A stretch of 64,000 nt of DNA from Phoronis australis. Its lineage: Eukaryota; Animalia; Phoronida. The translations under genes and the position numbers were made by a program. Where the stretch lies: assembly GCA_002633005.1 (NCBI GenBank), contig NMRA01000322.1, forward strand, positions 445,150 to 509,149, read 5' to 3'. The notes beneath the pieces are model-generated. The model had not been told where the DNA came from. It ran no database searches and worked only from the letters and a program-made list of their open reading frames with translations. The first letter of the stretch is position 1; each line of letters opens with the position of its first letter. Below are positions 12,721 through 24,019 of the stretch, in pieces.

Positions 12721-14396
12721 GCTACAGACGCCAGAGCAGCAATATGCACCCACCTATAATAAATATAAGGGCGCACAAAAAGGCACCTTTGTCAGAAGTG
12801 AGTGAGCAAAAGTAGTTCATCAGTATGGGAGTATCCCATGTGACAACCTTAAGGCATGCAAGTATTCCATGTAGACCTTTGTATCACATACACTGCCCAT
12901 GTACATTTTAACTTTCTTACTCAAATTTTCCAAAGCTTTGGCACTTAAAAGATTAAAGCCGCGACAATAGTCAAATATAACATGCCCATATTTTGAGAAC
13001 CAGTTTGACGACCGTTATTCAGTGGAGAAAACTGGTGTTCACTATTTGAAATCGTTTCTTAAGGTAGGACCCTGTAAAAACAGCCAATCGGATTTATATG
13101 TGACTTTCAGATACAGTGTTTCATGCAGGATTGTCAAAATGACTCTAAGGAATTGTCTTAAAAATTTTCCACTTTTGCATAAGGAGCTATAGAAAGACAG
13201 TGCTTCTACGATTTTCATGAAAAATCTTTTAAGTTGCAGAAAACGGAAACGAAATGATATTTTAGAAAACTGTAACACGAGTTTTTGCTAGCACATCTTA
13301 AACATTTACATCAGATAAAATTTGATCGTGGGATTGATACTGTTGTTTTGCAATCAATGTATCTTGAAATTTCTTTTTTGCAAAATTTTACTAAAAAACA
13401 TACTTTAGCCAGGTGACCCAATTAATAACCGTAAAGTCAAAATTCAAATTCTACTGCCCTAGTTAAAATATATAGTTTTCTAGATATTTTGTTATATACA
13501 AAAAATTGTTGATGAAGTCCTTCGCAACCGTAACCAGATCAAAAGTGACTTCTGAGCTTAGGAAGAACTTACGGTTGGGTGTGACCAGGGTCAATTAGTT
13601 GGCTTGACCCGACAGTCACTTTATGAGCCAGGCATGGCCTCAAGCAATTCTTGCTTATAGTAAAGAACTAATTGATGACAGTTTTATTATGAAAAATGGC
13701 CTGAATAAAAAAAATTAATCTTTTTGGCAAAAGATGAGTTCATAGCAGAGTAAAAATGTGTTGGAGGCAATCTCCTTGGTTACGCGTGTCAGCAAAGAAC
13801 TTGCTAACCGAGCAAGAATTTGTAAATCGTGCGCACATTGTTGCAAGTTAAAACTGAAATTGAAGTGATCCATTGTTTATATTAATCAGACAGTTAAAGC
13901 CCCCTGCAGATCTATCCGCATTATTCAAATGAAAACATCTGTCAGTGAACAGTTTCGAGCTTTGTACTGAGTAAACTGTCATAGCAATAATCATTTTCTG
14001 ATACGGCGGCAAAACATAATGAAATACACCAGGTCCGGGATAGAGTAGTGGACGGACAGTGTTCTGTATTGTTTTGAGCATTTAAGGCAGTGGGATATTT
14101 TCCAAAGACATATTTACTTTCCATGAAGCAATAGAACTTGGTATAAATAACTCAGTAAAAAGTCCATATCTTGATGAACTGCAGAGCAGTAAATACAGGA
14201 ACTAAGATGTAGGCCTTTTCCCACACTTTCATTTGTTGCATGGATAGTAAAGACAGTAATTAATGCTGAAAATGTGTCTCCAAGGTAACAACGTACCTGT
14301 ACCACCGAAAGGTACTAAGGGATGCCATGCACGGTTGTTTTTCTCTTTGATCTAATTTTTGACAGTTAATTTGAGGTCAAAGAGGATTTGACATAC

Positions 14397-14539
14397 CCCT
14401 CTTGATGGTCCACAAAGTACACTGTCGGGAATTCTCTCATTCTTGATGTTCAAATGGTCTATTTTGCCCTCTTTCATTTTCATGTGCAGAATACGGAAGT
14501 TGGTGCCACCCAAGTCCAAGGCTAGAAAATCACCCTCCT
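14397..14539 (-). CDS. HK: Hexokinase exon (EEGDFLALDLGGTNFRILHMKMKEGKIDHLNIKNERIPDSVLCGPSRG)
   Basis: ttttgtag acceptor and GGG|gtatgt donor. LALDLGGTNFR phosphate-1 ATP-binding motif. Confidence 0.97.
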
Positions 14540-14887
14540 CTACAAAAAAAGAAAACACAAAAACAGTAATACTTTCAACAGCTTTTCGATACTGCGACTT
14601 AGAAATAATACAAACCTGGGCACTTAACCACTTGTTTTAACAAGTGGCTAAATGCTCACAGCCCTCTGTTAAGAAAAATTTCAACATGTAGCTGTGTGCA
14701 TGGCTCAAGTTTCCTTACAGAAAAAGAACTTGGCCAGAGATCTGCAGGCCTAATGTCTGAGTATTCAGAGAACTTTGGAAATGTCACATGAGATCCTCAC
14801 GAAAGCACGTTACAACCAGCCTAGTTTATGCCATTCTGTTGCTTATAGAGCTCCAATCTAGCACTGATCCCTACTACATCAGCTTAC

Positions 14888-15056
14888 CAGTGCCATTTAA
14901 AGTTTCACGGACGTATGTGGTCTCCATTTGTAGACTAGATTTCTTCCTGTCCTCGGATTTCCGGCTCATTCCCATTGTCATCTCAGACTCCATGACATTC
15001 ATCACCTTGTCAATCTGACTTGGAGATAACTTGAACACATCAACAACATCTTTTAC
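14888..15056 (-). CDS. HK: Hexokinase N-terminal exon (VKDVVDVFKLSPSQIDKVMNVMESEMTMGMSRKSEDRKKSSLQMETTYVRETLNGT)
   Basis: tttgcag acceptor and CTG|gtaagc donor. EM..G....SSL.M..TYV....GTE pattern of hexokinases. Confidence 0.93.
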
Positions 15057-15647
15057 CTGCAAACATATCACTGTGTTTGTATGGTGCTCAGCATGACGGC
15101 ATTTTGACATTTTTGACCTAATGGAATAAAACCAATAAGCCAAACTTTAAAATATTTATGATAATTAAGCCAGATTTATGTATTTCCATTACCAATAAAA
15201 ACATGAAAACCATCAAAGACTCATCCTACAACAATTGTGAATTTGAGAATGGGGCATGTACACAGGTAATTAAAACAGAATTTTATCAAGGTAAGGAATA
15301 TATCACAAGACCAATTTTATGAGTTTCTAACCAGCTAAACACAGCAAAACGAAACTTAAGCATCAAAACTTTGATGGCGAGCATTCTTCGCAAATATGCC
15401 GGGCTGCACCCAATTTATTTTTTTTTGTCTGGAGTATTTTGGCATTGAGAGTGCATAGTCTGCTGATTGCTGGTGCCTAAGTAGTGGAATGTGAGTCATG
15501 GTTTGTGGTTGAATACCACCAATTGGTTTTTGCCTGGTGTATTTTCCGACATAATCGGTTGTTTGCTGATAGAAATGCACTTTGAATGCTGCAAGTTCAT
15601 CAAACAGGCAAGCCATGCCAAGAATTGTGCGATGACACTTGGCTTAC

Positions 15648-15659
15648 CTCAAAATCCAT
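15648..15659 (-). CDS. HK: Candidate first coding exon of hexokinase (MDFE)
   Basis: ATG GAT TTT GAG followed by the strong donor gtaagc, phase 0, in frame with the next exon. Too short to confirm by homology. Confidence 0.4.
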
Positions 15660-16875
15660 CTACTGCCCGGTGGTTTGGTAATTGGCCCATAAATGTTGCA
15701 CTCCCAGAAGATTTAATGAGGAACATATTGCAACATTAAGCAAACATTTAGGTTGTAAAAATCACATTCCTTGTCCAACTTTCAACATTCAAAAAACCAA
15801 TCACAAGTACTGTACAGGAACTATTCCAATATGCTATTTAAAACATTCAAAATGAAAATTTAAAAATACTATGGTTGCTTCCAATGTGTTTATGATGGGC
15901 GTCATTATCTAGAGAATGATAAAATCAGCAGCCTGAGGCTATTTAATGAACCACAACAGCACGATGTCTTTGACCCAAACAGACAGATTCTGAGATGGGC
16001 AAACCAGTTGAGTTGCCCAATCTCAACTGGTTGTGGTCTCAACGAAGGATTTTTTCATGCTTTATGTTGTAATAGTAATGTGATTTTACTGGAACTACAC
16101 TTACCTTATATGGCACAATTAGTTACAATGGTTTATTACAAAACTCTTGCCAAACAGTTCCATGAAATGTAACTCACATGCACGAGGTCTTGTGTATTGC
16201 AAAAAAACATGTTGTGCAGTAGTTGGTCAGTCTGCAATTAAGTAGTGTTCAAGTAAAGAGCTGACGTTCTCTTCACTCTTCTATAAATGCAAAATTACAT
16301 ATGTATCTGCATCCGCTTTATATTCTGTGGTTTTCTTGTAAAAGAAATACGTTGCTTTCTCTCAACTCACCCTGCCTAAAATGCAAATACGAGGAAAACC
16401 TGCTATGAGTGCCACCTCAAGTTTCCCAAACGCTGCCACAGGACTCTAGAGCAGTGGACAGGTGGAGTAGACAGACTCGTACTGCACGGTGGTTAATCAG
16501 TCTACGATGGAACTCCTATGGGGAGTGAGGAGCTTATGTTTCATTGTTGAACCCACGTGTTGTGCTTCATCGAGTCAGACTTTTGAGATAAAATTAGAGC
16601 TGCAGACGTGCTCCCGGTGAATCAATAACGAGCCTCTGACTCTGTTGGCCAGTCGCTACATAGTGCGGGCTTATGCATTAATAGGCAATTGCCTATATGC
16701 TGATGGTTAGCGTGCTTGCCAGTTTTATCTGGGTTGCTGGTTATCTCTATTTCTCAAGTAGCACTTCACACTCCAGTTCGAGTATTCCGAAGTGGCACAT
16801 GTTAAGAAATTAAAAGTGCAATGGTAAGTTGTATGTACAGTGCAGTGCAATGATGTAGACCTATACTTGGAGGCT

Positions 16876-17537
16876 CAGGCGTCCTCACCTTCTGATTGTA
16901 CCAGCAATACACTGTATACATACTACAAGGTATGATACTCGGAAATAGAAATTCCACGAGTGCTTCAATTCAGCCGTCCATATCAAACACAAAACTCAAT
17001 CAATTTACACAAATCAGGGGTTCAACAATCCATGAGCAATTGTTCTTTCTTCTAATGACATTTACAGTGTAATGCTCCAGCGAGTTCACAACACATTCGC
17101 AGTCAAAGCACAAAAATGTTCCCAAAAAAGCTGATGCGTATTATCAATCTTGACCTATGCGAGTCGGATCAAGGTCAAGTATGGTGCAGAATTATCCGAT
17201 GAATTACGAATGGATGGCAATTGCTGTGTCGTGACTTTCCGTGACAAATTCCATGGTACAGAATACACAGTACTAATCAGCTTTTTGGAAAGATTTTTGT
17301 GCTTTGATTGCAAATTTGTTGTGAACTCGCTGGTGCAGGACACCATAAATGGTATTAAAAGAAAAAGCAATTGCTTACGTTTTTTTGAACCCCTGTTTAG
17401 TGTAAATTTATTGAGTTTTGTGTTTGATATGGACGGCTGAAGTGAAGCACCCATGGATTTTCTAGTCCTGAGTGTCTTACCTTGTAGTATGTACCATATA
17501 TAGTGTATTGGTGACTGTCAAAAGCTGAGAACGCCTG
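16876..17537. mobile_element. Old palindromic non-autonomous DNA element with about 270-bp imperfect arms
   Basis: Starts CAGGCGTCCTCA and ends TGAGAACGCCTG; 16876-17140 is the reverse complement of about 17270-17537. A third arm lies at about 17750-18078. No TSD found. Confidence 0.7.
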
Positions 17538-18078
17538 TGCTTTGAGGAGGGCACTCTGGAAGTGATCCAGAGAAGAAGTACCAACGAAGTGGGCAGGTAA
17601 GTTCTTCCAGAAGACTGTTTTAGAGGAGAAGGCTTTCTGTGGGTATGCGGTGAAACAATGACGAGTCAAGAAGTACATGTTGTGGCATATACGTCATTGT
17701 GTACGGGTCAACTGATGAAGGGATACAAATAGGTAACAGGAATGGCGAGTAAGTACGCATCGATTTTTTGGGACAATTTTTGTGCTTTGACCACAAATTT
17801 GTTGCGAACTCGATGGAGCAGGACACTGTGAAAGGTATTAGAAGAAAAAACAATGCTCATGGTTTGTTGAACCCATTTTGAAAATTTCATTGAGTTTTGC
17901 GTTTGATATGGATGGCTGATGTGAAGCACCCGTGGAATTTTTAGTCCCGAGTGTCATACCTTGTAACTATATCATGGGTGGCCCATCATAGGGACCTGGG
18001 TGGGCTATAGCCTCACTTTTTTCAGTGCTGCACCGCCCATAATAGTGTATTGGGGATGATCAGAAGCTGAGGACGCCT

Positions 18079-18565
18079 TAGACAATGACCATCGTTTCTA
18101 CTGGCGCTTCCTGATGGGCGTTGTAATGACTAAAACATCATCAAAATCTTGTTATATATACATTTTGCACATAGACCTTAGGAGGTCATCTGTGTATTTA
18201 ATTCCTTCCAACTCAAACAAATACTTGTGTTATCAAACTTTTTCTTTGAGCAGCCCCTCGTTCAGTTCCCAAAATCGGCAACTCGTGATTTTTAGCACTG
18301 CGCCCGGCAGGTGACATGACGTATATATCCTCTTGAAGCGTGTGTGAAAATAGCGAGTTACCGATTTTTGGGAACCGAACGAGGGACTGCTCGAAGAAAA
18401 AGTTTGAAAAAGGGAGTATTTGTTCGAGTTGGAAGGAATTAAATAAATCGACGGCCTCCTTAAAGGTATATCCTCTATGCGTTTAAACAACGTGACTGTG
18501 ATGTTTTAGTCAGTGCGAGCTAGGCATAATTCGCCAAAAAGCTTCCGGCATATGACGTGCCTATA
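18079..18565. mobile_element. Degraded relative of the adjacent AcademH-like element
   Basis: Starts TAGACAATGACCATCG. Inverted arms (about 18130-18320 and 18340-18560) share CCTTCCAACTC.AACAAATAC blocks with 18602-19571. Confidence 0.65.
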
Positions 18566-18601
18566 CAAGCTCCACCGTCTTACTCGCGGGTGCCAGTAGG
18601 A

Positions 18602-19571
18602 TAGGCAATGACCATCACCTCTGTTGGCCCGACCAGAGGCGATGCAGCTCCTATTATAGGCAATGACCATCGCCTCTTTTGGCCAGACCAGAGGCGATGC
18701 AGCTCCTATAGGCGCTCCATACGCAGGAAGCTTTTCGGCGAATTATGCCTCACACCAACTAAAACATCAAAGTCACGTTGTTATAAATACTTTTTGCGCA
18801 TAGAGGAACACCTTAGGAGGTTGTCGATGTGTTTAATTCCTTCCAACTCAAACAAATACTCCCGTTATCAAACTTTTTCTTCGAACAGTCCCTATTTCAG
18901 TTCCCAAAGTCGTGAACTCACCATTTTCACTCAGCACACGCCAAGAGATATGACCTCATTCTTTTAACCAGGCCGAAGGTCAGAAAGCTGAAGTCCCCGC
19001 CATTTGTGTATGCATGTGCTGCCGGGAACCAGCCGTGCATTTGCCGTGTTGTTAAACATTAAAGTGTCTCAGTTAAATGTCATCAACAGCATTTATTTTT
19101 ATCAAATACAAACAATAATTCATTGAAATACAATCAGTTTCAAGTAACGCCAATTAAAGACAAGTAGTGGTGTCATTTTGGAAATGAACATTTGACTGAT
19201 AAGACCGCAATGGCTCACCTTTAGCCTATTTAAAGATTGAGGCCATGAAGTCACATCACCTTGCGAGCGCGGTAAAGATTGGAGCGTGCGCAGTATAAAA
19301 ATGGTGAGTTCACGATTCTGGGGACTGAACGAGTGACTGCTCGAACAAAAAGTTCGATAACAGAAGTATTTGTTCGAGTTGGAACGAATTAAACACACCG
19401 CCAACCTCCTAAGGTGTCCCTCTATATGCAAAAGGTATTTGTAACAAGGTGACTTTCATGATTTAGCCAGTGCGAAGCATAATTCGCCGAAAAGCTTTCG
19501 GCGTATGGAGCGCCTTGTATAGGAGCTGCATCGCCTCTGGTCGGGCCAACAGAGGCGATGGTCATTGCCTA
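18602..19571. mobile_element. Non-autonomous AcademH-like DNA transposon (long TIRs, 9-bp TSD)
   Basis: Termini TAGGCAATGACCATC...GATGGTCATTGCCTA, with arms of about 280 bp. Exact 9-bp TSD CCAGTAGGA at 18593-18601 and 19572-19580. The first 55 bp are duplicated in tandem. Confidence 0.8.
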
Positions 19572-19825
19572 CCAGTAGGACTGCTGTGCGTGAACTTGGA
19601 ATCTGCTTAATCTCAAGACTGCGAACTTGGAATTGAATATTCTATAAGGCAAAAAGGTGAAATTTTTGTTCGGTGAAAAGAAATTTTTGTAATTATTGGC
19701 CTCACGATCAACTATTTTCTCCGTTACCGTAACTTGTAACACTGAACCGGAGGAATATGAATGGCTAAAACAACTATATTGGTGAAACTGAACGCCTGTG
19801 GCTAAGAGGAGAATGAGGGTAAATC

Positions 19826-19915
19826 TAGCCTTGGTACAAAGCTAGTACAAAGCTGTATAAAAAAATATACAGCTAGCTGTATTTTGAGGACAGTCATCAT
19901 ACAGCTATCTGGCTA
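19826..19915. mobile_element. 90-bp miniature TAG..CTA element with 9-bp TSD (AcademH-like)
   Basis: TAGCC...GGCTA termini; exact TSD GGGTAAATC at 19817-19825 and 19916-19924. Confidence 0.75.
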
Positions 19916-20148
19916 GGGTAAATCGTGCAGCTTGTTGCGGCACCATTTCAATAGATTAGAATCCCAGGCTACCTTTTCTCTCTTGAGCGTATCTTGAACG
20001 TTAAGCTCCGGATATAAGATCATGATTTGTTTTTGTCTACAGGCCCTTGGATTCACCACGTCAACTCACACCCCGTCCAAGGGGTCACCAGAAATTTAAC
20101 CCCAACCGGAAAGGAACTCTTCGTTGTAGTAAGTACAGAAAAGAAAAA

Positions 20149-20171
20149 GCGCGGGGAAAAAAGCGCGGGAA
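20149..20171 (+). promoter_or_regulatory. Tandem E2F-like sites just upstream of the DNMT1 start
   Basis: GCGCGGGGAAAA (20149) and GCGCGGGAA (20163), 65-90 bp before ATG 20236. Mammalian DNMT1 is an established Rb/E2F target. Confidence 0.55.
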
Positions 20172-20235
20172 CTCGGCAAACTTGGTAGTTAGAGAACTAT
20201 CTATTATGCTTGGTGAAGAAGTGCTGGAAAGTGAT

Positions 20236-20288
20236 ATGCCAGGAAAAATTTTCGAAAAGGCGTTGATTTCTAACGAAATAAAATCGAG
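20236..20288 (+). CDS. DNMT1: DNA (cytosine-5)-methyltransferase 1, exon 1 (MPGKIFEKALISNEIKS); an in-frame upstream ATG lies at 20206
   Basis: GAG|gtgagt donor, phase 2, joining exon 2 to give KSR-LSDLDEE. This matches the MP...R|L.DL start of animal DNMT1. Confidence 0.85.
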
Positions 20289-20999
20289 GTGAGTTACTTC
20301 TATGATATTTATGTGGTGTTTTATCGACTTATCGGCCTCCTGAACAACTTTTACTTGGTTGACCAAGACAGAAAATTTCTGCTGACTGATCGTAGCGCCC
20401 TCTATTTTTAAGAAGTTCTTTGATTTTGACACCGATGAAGGTCATTATCACGTTTTTAAGAGGCATGGAACACGAAAACCTTTTAAACAGATCATGGCGA
20501 ATCTACTTCTTGGGGTTCGTAGCGGGAGAGTTATTTACTTTGAATGTTGTGTTGTAATCGTCAACATCATTCGTCCTTTATCTTTCTGTAGTGTCTTGTG
20601 ATTTGTCAGTTTTATGGTTCCCGGATGCTTGTTTTATTTAAACTGCTGGCGGGAACCCTGCTGGGAGTCTTTCAGCAGGCAATCAGGATGTCAGGGATGG
20701 CACCTGGATTGGGTTTTACTGCAGCTTGAATAGCTGTGTTTTAACTGGTGAGTACTTCTAGAGGCCTAACTAGTGAACCTGCAGTAATACAACAGTTGCG
20801 AAAATCGTCAGTTTCACTATTGATTGACGAAACACAGAGACAGACGAGGAAATAAGAAGGCTTTTATTCCAATACAGTTTTCTATCTCCTCCACTCTTAC
20901 TATAAGAAGTTGGATTTACTGCTGCTTGAAATCACCATTGTTTTGTTTACACCAAAGGTCAAAGGTCATGCTTTCCACATCAAAGAAATGCGCTATCTA

Positions 21000-23900
21000 G
21001 GTAGGGACGTGACAAAAAAATTCAACTTCTTGCTTAATATTTAAAAATGCATTGATTTAAAAAATCATCAAAAACGGATTCAAACAAAAAAATTAAGAAA
21101 ATCCGTTGAGCCGTTGACTTTTTATGAACGTTTGAAGAGCGATAATTAGCCCTTTATTTTAGTCCACTGAATACCTGGGAATGAAGGCTTATTTATGTGA
21201 CCCAAAATTATTTTTTTCACAATAACTTCCTCAAGAATTTTGATAACATTTTAAAGACAACAAAAAATTCCAAATTCCAAAGTGGCGGACAATATGGCCA
21301 CCATTACGACTGCAAAAACGTCTTATTTTACGTTAACGAACTATATGGTGTAATATACCATTAACGAACTATATGGTGTAATATATCAAATGATAGGTCT
21401 TTTCATTGCTTTTTTGAAGAGAATGATGAAAAACATGTTTAGGCAATATTTACGACATTTCTGCAATAGCTGCCAACATTACTGCATTAGCGACCACCAG
21501 AAGATTGATTCAGCAACCATGATGTACACGTCAATATTAAAGGTGTTTTTATGAACTGCAAGGATATACAATTGTGTTATGCATACATGTTTATTTTGTA
21601 CAAAATGGCTGCCAAGATGGCTGCCACCCATAACAGAAATGTAGTTGTAGTAATACAATTTTACAAGACAAATGAAACCAAAACGAGATTCGTTCAAACT
21701 TTTGCTTGACCGGCAACAAGACTACCCAGAGGTTCAAAAGTCCATCTGTAACAAGTACAAGGGCAAACTGAGTGCATCGCATAGAGCACCGATACAAAGG
21801 ATCCTCATTATTTTAATCCCACTAGGGGGTGCAATGCGGATGGAGCAAATGCACTCGAAACTTAAGGTAATGCAGAATACATCAAGTATATCTGAAAATG
21901 GGAAGGCATTGTAGTCTCCTTAATAGAAACCTAACTACCAAGTTTCATGAAAATCCATCAATGAACTCTAAAGATACACAAGAAAACACACAAAAAGTTG
22001 CCCTTGGGGGCACACAAACCGATTCCTTTTTTCTTTTGTTCAGTGGTAACTTTCTGGCGTTTTATCTGCTGTGTCAAATGCTTGATCTAACATGCTGTTG
22101 TAGACTTCAGTGAAGACTTGAGAGATCATGAATGGTTTTCTTTTCCTTTGAAACATACTGTAGCCGTCTCTTTAGTTTTTGTTTCCAAGGTGTTAGGGCT
22201 TCTCGCTTAGAGGATGGTGTTGAGGTGGATGGCTCTGATTCAACTGAAGGGCCAGCTTCAAGCTCTGGTTGTCAGCTCAGGAAATACGGGTTCATGGTGA
22301 GGGTCAGCAACCGCGCAAGACACAGGTTCTTCACTAGGTTCAGGAACGAGAGGAAACAACTCTTCGCACACTTTAAACTGGGACATGCTTCTTTCATTTG
22401 AAACTGATTGATACTCTTTAGTGACCTATTCACCAGCGAGTTGATATTGCTTGTAGTAATTTTAAAATTACCAATAAGTTCACGTGCAAAGTTGACACTA
22501 TCTCAGTCAGTGATTTGTTGCACTGTAAGAACACATAGAGGGCATGACCATTTTTCATGTTTTCACTGGGAACAAAGTTGGAGTTCTCTTGCAAGAACTG
22601 TCTCGCTTTGCCAGATTGAGATGGAGCTGACAACTTTCTTTTTTTGTAGGCATTCTGAAAATATAAAAAAGACATGTAAGAAAATTAACATACCAATGTA
22701 CAGTGTTATAATATATTTAATGTACACCAAATTATTCAGACTGCCTTGTCCTGTAACTACTATTAAACACTCACAACAAACCCTAAAACTAAAGTTTGAA
22801 TTTTTTACACTGATGTGCAACAAAGTGAAAAACATTCTACTTAGATGAGCAACACATAACAAAAATACTTTTTATGAGGCGTCTTGTATTCACAGAATGC
22901 ATTGATTTATTATTTTTCAAAAAATTGAACCGTTCGATCCTTTCCTTAATAAGTGTACTTCAAGAACTTGAAAACTAAAAATGTAAAATTCTCCAGTTGT
23001 GGACACAGTATCATGTCAGGGCCAGTAGAATTTTATTTTCTCAAATACCACATGAAGGTAAAGGAATCGATGTTTACTTTGTTGTACCCGCTCAATGATT
23101 TTCCAGGCACCAGCAACAAACTTAACTTGAAAGAATGACATCAGCAACTCTTCTTGTCCCAAACTGGAGAATTTTTTAACGTGTTTGATTAGAAAATCAT
23201 TGCATATTATTCAATGAAAAAATCAACACTACTGTCATATGGAATTGACCAACTGGTTTTATTTCATAAAAAACAGAAAAACATGGCAATATTGTGAAGA
23301 AAATCTAGCCAAAATCACACTTAAAACATTATCAAAGAATTCGAGTTTTGAGCCAATCAAATCTCTAGCATTTTGATCACATGACCAAAATTCGCCGGAC
23401 CAAGATTACCGATAATAAACCTTACAAAATCATCGATTTCCAAAAAATACACATGAAAATGTATGGAACTTAATCCAAATTGATCTATTTCGCTATTAAT
23501 TTACACAAACTAGTCAATCTACCTAATTTAAGAGCAATTGTTAACCATAAACGGCAATGCTGATACACTGGTCCGTTATGGCTGGTTGCCGAGAATGCCT
23601 GCCTCGGGTCTTAACTTGCACGGAGTTGGCAGATCATGATATGGTGAATTGATTGAAATGAAATTTGGTGAACAGTTGCAAGAGATATAAAAAAAGAATA
23701 AAGAACACATTTCATAAGAAAAAATAACTTACCTTTCAAAATACAAGCAGTCAAACAGGAGCGAAAAATTCCCCAACTTCTCACCAGTGACATGCTTTGA
23801 CAAGAATGAAAATTCAACAAAGAAAATGATGTATGCCCAGAAGAATTTACGGTCTACGTCATCAATAATGTTGTTCCCCGTTTTTTTGGTTTCTGGAGGA

Positions 23901-24019
23901 GAGAGAGTGGAAATACTATAGCCACCGTGAAACGATGGCTGTCTAATCGATAATCGCCATTACACAACATCTGGGAAAAGCCAATCAGGGTTGAGATAAG
24001 ACTTTTTCACGTCCCTACC
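21000..24019 (-). mobile_element. 3.0-kb TIR element with 5-bp TSD and decayed internal coding sequence
   Basis: TIRs GGTAGGGACGTGA(C)AAAA / TTTTTCACGTCCCTACC; TSD ATCTA at 20995-20999 and 24020-24024. A broken minus-strand frame lies at about 22030-22653. Confidence 0.75.
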
